From Auanema rhodensis (lineage: Eukaryota; Animalia; Nematoda), in NCBI GenBank assembly GCA_964057225.1, contig OZ059900.1, positions 5,766,001 to 5,830,000 of the forward strand: DNA of 64,000 nt, written 5' to 3'. The position numbers were made by a program, and so were the translations under genes. Positions 1 to 14,984 of the stretch are shown piece after piece (the stretch's first letter is position 1; every line of letters starts with the position of its first letter). Below the pieces are notes generated by a model. It was not told the DNA's origin. It saw only the letters and a list, made by a program, of their open reading frames with translations, and made no database searches.

Positions 1-588
1 TACAATTGAATGAGAGAATGTGAGACAGATAACCGATTCACTTTCGAACGCCTCCGATTCACGCTTTCAAGTGGTCAGTACCTCTTGACGACTCACGCAA
101 ATACCATTTCAGTGAAAATTAAATTAACGAAAGAGCAATATAGAAAGTCAGAAAAGAGAGGACATGTGAGAATAATGTGAAGAGGACTGAAAGTGACAAA
201 TGAGGAGAAAATTTGAGAACGAAGATGCTCTCAATCTATGGGCTCTTCCCTATTCTGTTCAACGACGTTTACGGCTCTTTAACAGGCTGAATCAGCTTGG
301 TCATTTTCAAAGTTCTCACGCATCACCTCTCAGACAACTGTTTTCAACTACAATTTCCCGTCATTTTTTTTAATTATTTGTTCATCACCTTTTGATTTCT
401 TCAAATAAGAGTTTTATTACTGAAATTGTATTCAATATTCACAATTTTTTTATAAAGTTCTTCAATCTCGCAATATACTTTGTACTTCTTTCTATTTTTT
501 TTTATTATTTCGCATTTTGGGTCATCAACATATAACACGAAGAAACAAATAAACGATCACGTTTCAATATTGCTAGCGTGAACCTGGA

Positions 589-3500
589 ATGGAGGCAATT
601 GTTGGCACCTCAAAAGCTCCTCATTCCCTTGTGAGCCGTATTTTACAGGTATTTATTATAAAGTTTGCCAATTAAATTCTTATACTTTTCTGAGATATTT
701 TAAAATCAATTTGAAAAGTAATTAACAACCATGTTTATTATAATTTTTATATTTTATTCTACTTGTCATACAATCAGAAAGTTCTACACACTAACTAAAA
801 CTTACAATACAACTTGTAAAAAAAATTCTTTAATTCTTATCTTTGGGAAATAAAATAATAAACATATGTCGTATGTATTCGATGATTATTTTGACTAAGA
901 TTTTTGTTTACTTTAGGTTGCTCTAGGATTGTTTGTCACGACATCTGATTTACCTTCTTTACCAAATAATTATCAGACTTTAACTTATGATTGTTCATTC
1001 GATACAAATTGCAGGTATTATTAATAACCATTATTATCATCAAGTTATAAAAATCAATTATTGATCTTTATTTTACAAATTGAAGATGGCAATCTTTTGG
1101 AAATTCAATCGATCATTGGCGCATTGCCAGAGGCGAACCAGATAGCTTACTTTGGTTAGCTGCAACGGGAACTTTACAATTACCACGTAAGTTGCTACTG
1201 ATAAGTTTATTAACATATCAATTGGATAAATGCAATAGATCATAACTCATTTCATTAAAAGTTTTTTATAATTGCGCAAAACACAGAACTGCTGTATAGT
1301 TGCTAATTAAGGTGAACCTTTCGCTCTAATTGAGACAAGAGGAAATCCTGTAGATGCTTTAGCCACTGACGACATATTATGTCAGAAAGGATATGGAGAT
1401 TTTTCGTTCACCTATTGGATAATAGGTTAATCATATATAAAAACAACTGGTTTTATTTATCTTTTAGGCGATGCTGATCTTGAAGTATGCCTTGCTAATC
1501 AGCATGGTGAGCGATTCAATTGTACTGGAAATTTAGGAGCAAAATCAATGCCCGGAAAAGTAATTCTGAAAATACCTGAAATGCAACGACCTTTCAAAGT
1601 ATTACTAAATTGCAGAAATTGTTCCTTATAAGTACTTGTTCCACTTTTTAGCTCATGATAGTCCCTAGCAATCATAGTGGCGTTCTTGTTGTTGATGATA
1701 TTCGATACGACTCATTACCATGCGAATCTGATGTTAATACAAACGTACTGGGTGGCATTTACACGGTAATAATATTTCATCTTTTTCTTAAGCACACTTA
1801 TCATACAATGCGTGATCCATTATATAATACTTCATTATGACAATGAGTGATCAATTATTGACCCGTTCGTCATTTGATCTCTTCTCTTTTTCTCTTATCT
1901 GCACTTCATTTGATATTTCTCGATACCCTCTTCATATCATATTATCTTTTGCGGTTTTATTTAGTGTCGCATTCGGTTTCATCTTGTTCGATTCACATTC
2001 GAACTCTTCCTCTCTCTCTCTCTATCTCTCTCTCTCTCTCTTCTTCTTCTTACCACCTCATACAGACTCCATAATAACTAAATGTCTATAGCAGCTAAAG
2101 ATCAAAGATAGATAACCGGTTTCCGAGATGAATCTCCGATTTGCATTGTAAAAGCCGTTTGAAATTTGAAAAAGGGCAATGTGTAATGACATATGGAAAT
2201 AATTTTCCGCTTCACAGAAGAATGTAAATATTTTCGGATAATCAAGTCTTTATAGACCACCAGCGAGCCGAGTGTTCCTGATAATTCTAATATAATAACA
2301 CGACAACGACCAGACATAGAAACAAGTGAATATCAAAGTACATCATTCAAAAACTATATTGAAATATCTTTTCAGCACCTCCAACTACTACTACAACAAC
2401 AGAAACTACAACAACAGTAACTGATGAAGATGAAGTTACTATTACAAAAGAACCTCATGTACCTGAAGTAGTAGACACAACAAAGTTAGTATTGGGATTA
2501 ATATGTAACTATACCAATATAAATAATCAGAAATTTTTGATTTTTATCTTATCTGTTATTAAGGGAGATCCGAGTTACAACTAAAGCTCCTGAAGTCCCC
2601 TTTGAGCTGATGGTATATGGAAATATGACAAGACCCCTGTTTGATAGAAGAAAAAGTAATATAATGCTCATGTTTATAATTATATCATTTGCTATTGGAG
2701 AATATACAACTTTGATAACATTAATGCACTTATAGATAAGATAGTTGTTGATTCGAGTAAGCTGCTTTGTGACTTTTCCAATGAATTTGATTGTCAATGG
2801 GGAGTCGAAGCTGGTAAATGGGCTATAGTCGAAAAAGGTTGTTATTTTCATTAACTTTTCGAGAAATATAGTGAATATTTATGTAGGAGCTATTCCAAAT
2901 CTGGACAACTCAATCGCTGATCCATCGTTGTTGCCTAATTATCCCGCTGCTTTGGTTATTCAAGGAGCATCTATGATATCATCGGATCCGATGCTATGTC
3001 TTAGTGGAGCTGGAAAAGTGAGTTCCAGAAATAATCGATATATCAATTTTGAACTATTATTTTGAAGCTACTATTCCGATATTGGACAAATGGTGAAATT
3101 GTTCTTCAAGTATGTGCTATTGGATCAGGTAATTTAAATTTCAACAATAGAAACATAGGCATTGTTTATAATAATTTTAGACAAACGATCCAATTTCACG
3201 ATGTGTGTCGATCAGTCTCAAAGTACTCATAATTCACATAATTTGGCAGTGTTCAACTTTCCTAAACCAATATTTGAACCTTTTACTGTGAGAAAAACTT
3301 TTTTATTGATAAAAATGCTTTTTTTTAGTTGAATATCATTCCACAGTGGGATTTGGGCTTAAAAAATCGATTCTTGGTTCTTGATGAAATAGCTTATATC
3401 GGCGAATGCAAACCTGAAGATCGATGTGTGATCGTATTTGAGTTTTGTTATGTAACAACTTGATTCAGATACTAAAACAACACCTACTCTGCCACCTATT

Positions 3501-4675
3501 ACTACTGAAAAGATGACAACACCAGTGCCTTCAACCACATTATCCTCAACGATAAATGTTAATGTAACGCCTGACGAAATCGAAGAAACAACAGAAGAGC
3601 GTAAATTTTAATAACAAAGCACTGTTATGCTCAATATATAACTGTTATAGCAAAAACTCAGACATGGGTTCCAGTTCGGCCACAAACCTCAAGACCAACT
3701 TCAAAACTTATGACACTACGACCGATTCTTGGTATCACACCTGTTAACACGTTGAGCACCAGAAAACGCCCACTAACTTAGTACGTTTTCTCAATTTGTT
3801 TTTTTTTGAACATCACCAAAGCGGGTTACTTAATTCAATGATCTATAGTCGCACGACCACACCGAGAGCGATTCCAATGGCCACCACTTTGCCCGACATA
3901 CAACCGGACGATTATTGTACCAAATTGAACTGCAACTTTGAAGGTTAGCGAAATGATTTTGAAAGGTTACAAAAAGGAAATATTAAGAAAGCGCTTGTAA
4001 TTATTTAAATCATGGACTGACCAAAAAACCATGGACGCTTCGAAACAGGGGATACGGCTATCCTTTAACAGGATCAACAGATATTCGACCAAGTGTGCAA
4101 AAATCAAATCCAAATAAAAATGTTTTCTTTTCATAGGCTCAGCGAATGGTCAATTTGTCTCAGCCATATTAAATCCTGGCGATGTGGCTATTATGGAATC
4201 TCCGAAATTTAATAGTACACGTTTCTTGAATGTGTTGCTTTTCCAATACTATAGACCATCACCGATGACAACTCTTCGCTTATGTTTAGGTAAAGCCAAA
4301 TATAAAAAGTTGAAAAGTTGAAAACAAGTCCGCTGCATTTAGGCTCTAGATATACAAATTCTTATCGATCTATTGCATCGTTTAATCAATGTCCATCGGT
4401 GTTAAGATCAATTACTTCAAGAATAGCACATAACTGGAATACAGTTCATATTCAAATACCACCAGGAACCACTCACGTAAGTTTGATTCAAAGTAAATAT
4501 TTTAAGTAATTTTTCTATCATTAAGTTTTACATCGTGGCCACCAATAATGATCGATCTGACACACGAACTGCTGTAGCTATCGATAATATTCGTGTAGCT
4601 ATGTGTGATGCTCGTGGTTTTGCACCAGAATACACGGACAATGAAGATCAGAGAAATTCTCTAAATGGATTCTGA
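589..4675 (+). CDS. Protein with three MAM-like domains separated by Thr/Pro-rich mucin-like linkers (about 21 exons), probably extracellular
   Basis: Manual splicing at GT..AG gives one open frame. MAM1: YDCSFDTNCRWQ...FSFTYWIIG...VLVVDDIRY. Then TTTTETTTT. MAM2: LLCDFSNEFDCQWG...LFRYWTNG...LVLDEIAY. Then a Thr/Pro-rich linker. MAM3: LNCNFEESACNY...LLFQYY...AVAIDNIRV, stop TGA at 4673-4675. Each domain has the CxF(D/E)xxC start and (I/V/L)D(D/E/N)I end typical of MAM. The start codon and linker exons are less certain. Confidence 0.8.
2012..2041. repeat. (CT)n microsatellite with one interruption, in an intron of the MAM gene
   Basis: ctctctctctctatctctctctctctctct is directly visible. Confidence 0.9.
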
Positions 4676-5590
4676 GCAATGACTTATCACATATTATCAG
4701 GAGATATTCTATGAAATGTATTTGTTATATAGATGTTATTAATCAGTTTTTTTTGATCTGAACGCTAAGCAAAGCAAGCTCATATTCATGATCTTTAACC
4801 AAAAGATATGTGGGCCAAAAATAAGAACAAGAAATTGTTCGAATCAGTAGAGCAAATTGTTCAATTATTTTATTTTTTATGCAAATATTATAAATTATAT
4901 CCTTATCAATTTCTGAAGAGAATTTATTATAATTTATTGATAATTTATTTTTGTTTTCTTTTCTTCATAATAATTTTTATTTTAAGCTAAGTTATTACTT
5001 TTCAATATCAGATTAATCTTTGAATTTCTCATTTTCTCTCAATTGCATTATGTAATTTGTGCAATCTCTGTTGAAATCGTGTGTGTTTAGCTAATAATAT
5101 TTTATTGTATATTATAATAATTATGTAAAAATAAATAATTCTATATAAAATATATGTTTTATTGGTATACTCGTTAAAATAGATGGCTAAACTACAAAGT
5201 TTTCAAGAATAAAACCCACAGAGCAATATATACATATATGGGTATTGATCTTTTTTTGAATTGGCGGCGCTCTTGTCTACCGTATTTAAAGCATTGCGGA
5301 AAATTGGTCCCAGCGCGGCAAACAGAACCAAAAATCAGTGGTCTTCGATTTGGACTGAGCATGGAAAGGAATGACATCCAGGCAGCAGTCGTATGTTGTG
5401 GCGATTTGTTTACGGTTTACTTATCCCTCTCCTCATATTTATTTCATTTTTGAAACATTGTTATCCTAACTCATGAGCAACATTCGTGATATATCATGAT
5501 GTTCGTGTATTGTTACATCTCTCTATATATGCATATGCGGCAACATGCATTCCCGCTGTTTCGTGTTTGGTCGTCATCTCAATTCTTCTG

Positions 5591-5598
5591 ATTTCAGA
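5591..5598 (+). promoter_or_regulatory. Probable spliced-leader trans-splice acceptor (ATTTCAG) 1 nt upstream of the vha-13 ATG
   Basis: ttctgatttcag|A ATG, with no obvious coding exon upstream. This is the typical nematode outron/SL arrangement (inference). Confidence 0.6.
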
Positions 5599-8405
<2,807 letters not shown>

Positions 8406-9890
8406 ATATCGTAGAGCTACATTTCGAAATGGCTGTCATTAGCTATCTCACTTATGTCGTCGATCATTCCATTATGTGCTGTATATCCACTATGTACACG
8501 TATTGTTCTCTCAGCATCTTAGTTGCTTTTTCGAAATAGCTTGACGTAGGATGTATATGTTTAATCCATATTAAGAAAAAAATATAATGTTATATATCGA
8601 CTCATTCCATTTTAATATAGTTATGTTTTCTTTTTAACAAAATACACATTATAGCAATAATTAGGAATGTTAGTAAAGATATGAAGACTTATATCAAGCA
8701 AGAAATGTTACAGTTCACAATAGTTAATATATTCAAGAGGCACATTTAATGCAAAATAAAGTAGTAATATTACTGCCTACTTAACCTGGATGAATACCAG
8801 TATATGGATGACCTTTCTACTTGATATTCAAAAATCATCTGCTAGTCATGGCTACTTTTTGATTGGATATGACCTACTTAGTTGCATATATAATCCTTAT
8901 TTTGTATTATACGAATAATTGCCACATACTACTCAAAACCTATGCAGCTGTTTTGAATACTTCACAGATATATTTTAGGAAGATGATGTAGCTGAATTAT
9001 CCCAGATGCTTTTTTCGCATTTTTTCAAATTAAGTATTGATTGAGGCAAAACCCAGCCTTGGAATTTAGCTCCATACGATGAAACAAGCTTCCTTTTCCA
9101 AAAAAACACACACACACAAGGTGAGAACTAGAATATTCCGGAAGCAATAAACAGGTGTAAGCAAATACAAATGTTCTGTTAATCTTCAAGCATTTTTTTT
9201 TGAAGTTGACCGATCTACTAGAACTTATAACTGTCATTGAAGTTTTGAAGACAGCCAAGGTTTAACAAAAATAATTTTATGCTGGGAATTTATACTTAAC
9301 GCATAATTACAGTATATTTTATATATAATAATTATTATTTAAAAAAAAGCGTTTTTGAAAATTTTAAAAATTTTCAATTTTCAAACATTTTTCTTAAAAC
9401 ACAATATTAATAATAATTTGCAATTGATGAAAATATCAGATGAAACTAAGGATATTTGACCCTTCAATGTTATAGAATCTAAGTTGTATTTGTTTTTAAC
9501 TCATTATGTTTATTTAGTGACGCCTAGAAATAAAGAGTGGACAGGAAGGCTTTTAAAAATGAATAGGATTATAAGAGATCAGAGAGGCAATCACTGAAAA
9601 ATTTCAAAGCCAAAAAGAACAAAGAAAAGTGAAATGAGCAAGTTTGTGTGATGAAAATGCATGGAAAGAGAGGAACTTCACTTGTGTTTGCGACCTAAGT
9701 ACTTGCATCTAGCGTTGAAATATGTCTTCTGTCCGGTTTTCTGAATTTCGAAATTTCTTTTCTTCCGTGGTCTGCTTGCTGCTCGTGGGACATAGTGTTC
9801 TGTACAGTTCTGATCGTAGGACAGCATCTTTGAACAACTGTTTCATTTGACAATTTGTGTATTGACTTCCTTTAACGTCAGTATATTAGA

Positions 9891-10859
9891 ATGGCTCAAG
9901 ATCGTCAAGGTCCATGGAGCAGATGGGATGGTATGCCAGGTTAGTTTTTTCAACTTGTGTTTTTGATTATTCACATTCTATATTTTGCAATAAAATTATA
10001 GGAAATGAATATTACGTGCTTATTGTATTGAAAACGCTAGTCTTTTGCAAATATATTAAACTTTGGAATATTTTCATTTCTTACGATTTATTTAATTTGT
10101 ACTTTTTATTAATTTTTTTCTAAATTAATTGACTTAAAACATGGAAACATGAGATTATTTGTAGTCTTATCAAAAACGTTCATTCTATTAATGTATTCGG
10201 TTCGAATTACCTCTATTTCTCTCATTCACTATAGCTTGTGGTCAATTCATTTCTGTAGCCTCTTGGAGAGCAGAACAAACAATTGAAAACACAATACTAA
10301 GTTGTCTGATTTCTTCATTATTTTCAAAACATATTCAGAAAATTCTATCAATGGAATCGTAAATAATCGACAATTCGATACAAGAACTATTGGTACAAGC
10401 GATTTCAGAGCTCCCGCAGGATACCTAAGAACAGGTCTTGTTGATCAACGGATCAACGGTAATTTTGTGTAAATTAGTTTTTTTCTATACATTCATCAAT
10501 TTAGCTATTGATCCTTCATTCTATGATTGTGTATACGGTCTACAAAATACAGCTGCAACTGTTGTTGAACAATGCTACAAGAATCTAGGATGTTGTGCCC
10601 ATGGTTGTTGCAAAAACTCTGAATGGTTTTTCCAGTATTGTGTCCTTTTATATTTTTTCTTTTCAGGAATAGAGAATATGCTGCTGCTATTGTTTTAATA
10701 TGTATTTTTGGATTTTTGGTTATTGTAGCAGTTGTAGTGTCCTTATTGGTTTGGCTATTCAATCGGGCTAAAGACAAAAAAGCTAAACAACAGTTTATTC
10801 AAGACAATTTACAACCTCCAATATCAACAACATCGTCGTATGGTTATTATGATATGTAG
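9891..10859 (+). CDS. Single-pass membrane protein with a nematode CX-type Cys module (4 exons seen; N-terminus uncertain)
   Basis: Exons about 9891-9939, 10339-10458, 10505-10625, 10667-10859. Spliced: MAQDRQGPWSRWDGMP...FYDCVYGLQNTAATVVEQCYKNLGCCAHGCCKNSEW, then TM (YAAAIVLICIFGFLVIVAVVVSLLVWLF), basic stop-transfer NRAKDKKAK and a Tyr-containing tail. The CxY...C...CC...CC pattern before a TM matches the CX module. Confidence 0.75.
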
Positions 10860-11150
10860 ACATATTGTCTAATTTTGTATTTTGACCTTTGTGTTCGATT
10901 ATTCTTGAGTTAGATTGCTCAGATCGTTTCAAATAATTATCATCATTACTTTGCTCAAATATGTTTGTATATTTACGACAAAAAATAATACAATTTGTAT
11001 TTTGCTAAATACGTTTTAATAAAAAATTTTTTTCGATTTTGTTGTTTTTAATTTTTTCCAAAAAATTAAATTAACGCTAAATTGCATTTTTCGGCATTGA
11101 GTCATCAACTAAAAATCTTGAAGCTACCTTTCATTTTTTATTCATAGGTT

Positions 11151-11899
11151 ATGATGCATCATACAGATGTTCTATTATTCTTTGCAATATCATCAAATAA
11201 ATCATTTTTCATCAACGTGGCTGTTTTGCTTGTCTTCAAACTTAGTCTGAGAAGCCATGGTTTTGCAATTGGTCTTCAAACTATTGTAAGTTAAATAAAA
11301 AGAAGTAAGTATAACCAACTCTTACTATTATTTAGGTTTGTCTTCTTCATATATGCTTATATTCGAGTTTTTTATGATTATTACAAAAGAGAGCAAGAAG
11401 TTACGGTGAATATATATATATTGTATTAACTCAATTAGTTTAAAGCATATTTTAGGTATTTGGAGATATTTCGTTAAATAATCTTTCTGTTCAAGTTGTT
11501 GGACTCTCTCTTGTTGATGTGAATCTTTGTACTTACTGATTATCGAAAACACATAGTTAAATCAAGCACTTTCAGTTCAAGAAAATGAAGTTTTGAACCA
11601 AACTGCAGCAAAGGAGGATGGTTACTTCGAAATTATCGGGCGAATGCGTTCTGTTTCTACAATGAAACCTCATTTATCTGTATACATCTTATACCATCAC
11701 GATGATAGCGAGGTTGGTTCATATATTAGTTTCACGCTGAGAAAAAGTTGTTTAGTATTATATTGCCAAAACTGAATTACTCGAAATACCTGAGGATTAC
11801 ATAACTATTGAGAAAAAACAAGCAGATCGTTACTGTATTGGAGCTATAACATTATCGAATTTCACTGAAATGTCCACATTGTCAACATTTATTAAATGA
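11151..11899 (+). CDS. Divergent transthyretin-like (TTR-52 family) protein A
   Basis: Exons 11151-11285, 11456-11528, 11576-11712, 11756-11899. ...QTIVFGDISLNNLSVQVVGLSLVDVNLFQENEVLNQTAAKEDGYFEIIGRMRSVSTMKPHLSVY...LEIPEDYITIEKKQADRYCIGAITL follows the TTR pattern DxLxxTxTDxxGxFxLxG...IDPxLxIY...IPxxYI...IGxINL. Intron positions match the two neighbouring TTR genes. Confidence 0.7.
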
Positions 11900-11994
11900 T
11901 TAAACGCTTTTATTATTTATGTTATTTTTTTTCAATTTTAATGAACATTTTCTAAATAATAATCCATGTTTGTTAAAATTTATTTCGTAAGAGT

Positions 11995-12652
11995 TTATAT
12001 GGGCATTAAACAATCACTGTGTGCAGTGGAGTTATAACAATATATGCCTTTGAACATTTTTCCATTCAGAACATCCATATTTCCGATCCAAAAATTTTCA
12101 GCAGATTTCATGCCACTCTGTATGTATTGTTCCGGTACTTCTACAACAACCTCACCAGCACAATTCTGCAATATATTACTTGCTGTATCACACTCCGTAG
12201 GATTAACAAACAGATAAGCCTTCTGGTATACTTATTTTTACTTTTCCGTGAAATTCCATCATAGCTCTCACTGATCCTGTAACATGAAAGTATCCGGTCA
12301 TGTTTGTCTCTTCACTGCCCATAAGCGAGCGATAATGGACTGAAATACTAGAGTAAGAAACGGAAATATCAGAGTGAATCACGCACGAATATTTTCATGA
12401 TATAAATCCACTGTTGCCATATGTATTGGTTTATCACCACAAAGAACTTGTCCAGATGCCTAAATATAGAGAATATTCTGTAAAGTTATGAAGTTTCAAC
12501 GTACTGAAGCACTATATGTCCTGTAGTACTTATCCAAGAATGAAGCACCATACACATGATGGAATACCAACGCCAATAAGCTAAAAACAGAAGATTATTT
12601 GAATGAATAGTTCAAATGAATATCTTTACATCATCTCACCAGCAATTTTCAT
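11995..12652 (-). CDS. Transthyretin-like (TTR-52 family) secreted protein B (5 exons)
   Basis: Reverse-strand splice: MKIAGEMILLALVFHHVYGASFLDKYYRTYSAS|ASGQVLCGDKPIHMATVDLYHENIL|HYRSLMGSEETNMTGYFHVTGSVRAMMEFHGKVKISIPEGLS|NCAGEVVVEVPEQYIQSGMKSAENFWIGNMDVLNGKMFKGIYCYNSTAHSDCLMPI*. Signal peptide, GxVLCGxxP and VPxxYI motifs are present. The ORF track misses this gene. Confidence 0.85.
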
Positions 12653-13003
12653 GATCAACGTCCAAGTATAACCTTGAGCAGAATATTTGATGCAATTGTT
12701 TTGTCAACACTGTTTTATATGCGCCAATGATATTATTATTTTAAGAGTCAGCCTATGAAACAATAAGAAATACGGAAATGATTTGTTAAATCAAATCAAA
12801 TTAAATTTTGCTTTTTTTATTTTCTTTTTTCTAAAATTTCAAATTAAAAGATTTTTTTTTATAAAATCACAGTAAATTGTGATCTTATACAATGATTGTG
12901 TTGCTCATCTTATTTTTGAAAAATTCAGATAATATATACATAGTTTGAACTAGAGCCAAAACCTATTCAATTTTCATGCAAATATACAAACAAATATAAT
13001 AGT

Positions 13004-13830
13004 TTTTGGCTCTTCTCTGCTATTTTGTAAGTTTGATAAGTTTTTGAAGAAAAGTGCATAAATCAGAGGATCCTCTACTTCCGGAAAAAAATTAAACAAT
13101 TGTTTTATAAAAGTTATTATCAATGATTATATTCTTTCAATTTTTTTATCAGAAAGAGTTCCAAGACCGTCTTCTGTTCTCTTCCTGGTCGGTCCCGTCC
13201 TATGGGTTTTCTTCCTGGTTTTCCGGTCCTGTGTGTCCTAATCTTTGTTGGTCCGGTAAATACTATTCCGAGTTATTCCCTTCGGGTCTTGTGGGTTTTA
13301 ATCCTATAGATCAGGTTGATGTAACTATTTTGTTATCTCTTGAGTTGTTAGCAGCAGCCTGTAATATTCGAACTTGGACTGTAAAGTGTCAGTTTCTCAT
13401 CTCATCTTTCGGATATTAAGAACAGTTATATACAATCGATATTATATAGTTAGTAAAAAGTGACTATATATTTTAAATCTTTCGGTAATATAGGCTCACT
13501 ATGAGGATTATATTCAAGGGGTCGTATCCCAAAAAAAACAAGTAGATATCGATCAACTTTTTGAACACAAGGTACAAAATGATCTGGGGAATCTGTTTTC
13601 CTACTTTATTCTTTAAAAAATAATTATAATAATTTATACATTATACCCTGATAGAATTTTGGCTCTTCTCTGCTATTTTGTAATTTTGATTAATTTTCTA
13701 AAAAATGCAGCAAAAACGCATTTCGTATTCTAGTGCATGAATCAGAGCATCTTTTACTTCCGGAAAGAAAATAATGAATCAGGTTTTCCGAAAAATTGAA
13801 CAATTGTTTTCTAAAAGTTATTATTAATGA
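13004..13830 (+). repeat. Diverged direct repeat pair (about 13004-13126 and 13657-13830) between the divergently transcribed TTR genes B and C
   Basis: Both copies start ttttggctcttctctgctattttgtaa. They share agtgcat(a/g)aatcagag, tacttccggaaa and aacaattgtttt..taaaagttattat.aatga. The second copy carries two short insertions. Confidence 0.85.
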
Positions 13831-13916
13831 ATATATTGCTCTAATTTGTTTTTTTTTTCATATAAAATGCATTACAAACCTCCGTGAGTTCTCAGTGTGC
13901 GGTACCCTATCCCACT

Positions 13917-14518
13917 ATGTCATCTTTGAAATCAGCCATGTAAGTTATACTTTTTTTATAAAACATCTCTATTTTTACAAGACTTTCAGATTTTTTATAA
14001 TTTGTGTAGAGTTATCGAATTCTGATATATCGATTTATACTGAGCATTCGTTTGGGGTATTTCATGTTGGCTTGAAAATGAAAAAAGACTTTTGAATTAC
14101 AGGCGTATGGTCGTGTTCTATGCAAAAACATTCCAATTAATATGGCTGTTGTTGATTTATTCCATCGAACTTATTGTTAATTCAACTAATTTGAAAACTG
14201 TTTTGTTCAACTTGTTTTATTTTCAGTTTTCCGGAATGATCAGATTGATTCGGCTATAACAAATGAGACTGGGACTTTTGCTTTGAATGGAAGATCAAAA
14301 ACATTATTTGATTTGGATCCGCGTCTATCTATTGTTGTGCCGCAAACATCCTCTGTAACTCAACTGTATAATATAATTAACATATAATTATTCAGAAATG
14401 TGCTGGTACACTTATGATTAGACTACCAGCCGAACAAATGCGTTCAAATGGAGTAATCAAATTTCATGTAGGAGATTTGGAACTTTCTAACAATGATAAC
14501 TTCATTCCATTTCATTAA
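13917..14518 (+). CDS. Transthyretin-like (TTR-52 family) secreted protein C (5 exons)
   Basis: MSSLKSAI|FFIICVELSNSDISIYTEHSFG|AYGRVLCKNIPINMAVVDLFHRTYF|FRNDQIDSAITNETGTFALNGRSKTLFDLDPRLSIVVPQTSS|KCAGTLMIRLPAEQMRSNGVIKFHVGDLELSNNDNFIPFH*. Motifs GRVLC, TNxxGxFxLxG and LDPxL are present, and the intron phases match gene B. Confidence 0.88.
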
Positions 14519-14984
14519 TAAACTATGGTGACAACTTAATATTTTGCTCAAATAAAGTAGAAAAGTACTGTAATAAATATTCTTCGCAACACGATTTCTA
14601 TGTATTTAGAATAGGTTCGTAGCTTTTTTGAATATTTATCATTACACTTATGAAGAGATTGTTCATGTTTTTTCACCTTTTCGCATGAAAACAGCGCGAT
14701 ACATTTTTATTTATAAAAATAACAAAGAAATTCATTAGGAAAATATTTTTTATTGTTTCAAACAAATTTAAAAACATTTTTCAGATTGAATAGTCTACGC
14801 AAAGTATATACAACATGTACATAAAACAATCTTCTTATTTTCTATTCTCAAAATTAAGTAGGTATATTATTAATATGCATAAGCTCTGTTTGTAACTACA
14901 AATCAATTAATAAGAAGATGGCTACAATTAAAGTTTTCCATGACACGTATTGCGGGCAAATGAAAGAAATCATAATAAATACAT

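Noticed and set aside
10199-10210. GGTTCGAAT (and GGTTCGAT at 28421) tRNA T-loop-like words
   Set aside because: No acceptor stem, D-arm or A-box at the right spacing.
13123-13419. 98-aa ORF between TTR genes B and C
   Set aside because: It starts inside a repeat copy and runs through a low-complexity insert with no recognisable domain. I treated it as part of the repeat finding.
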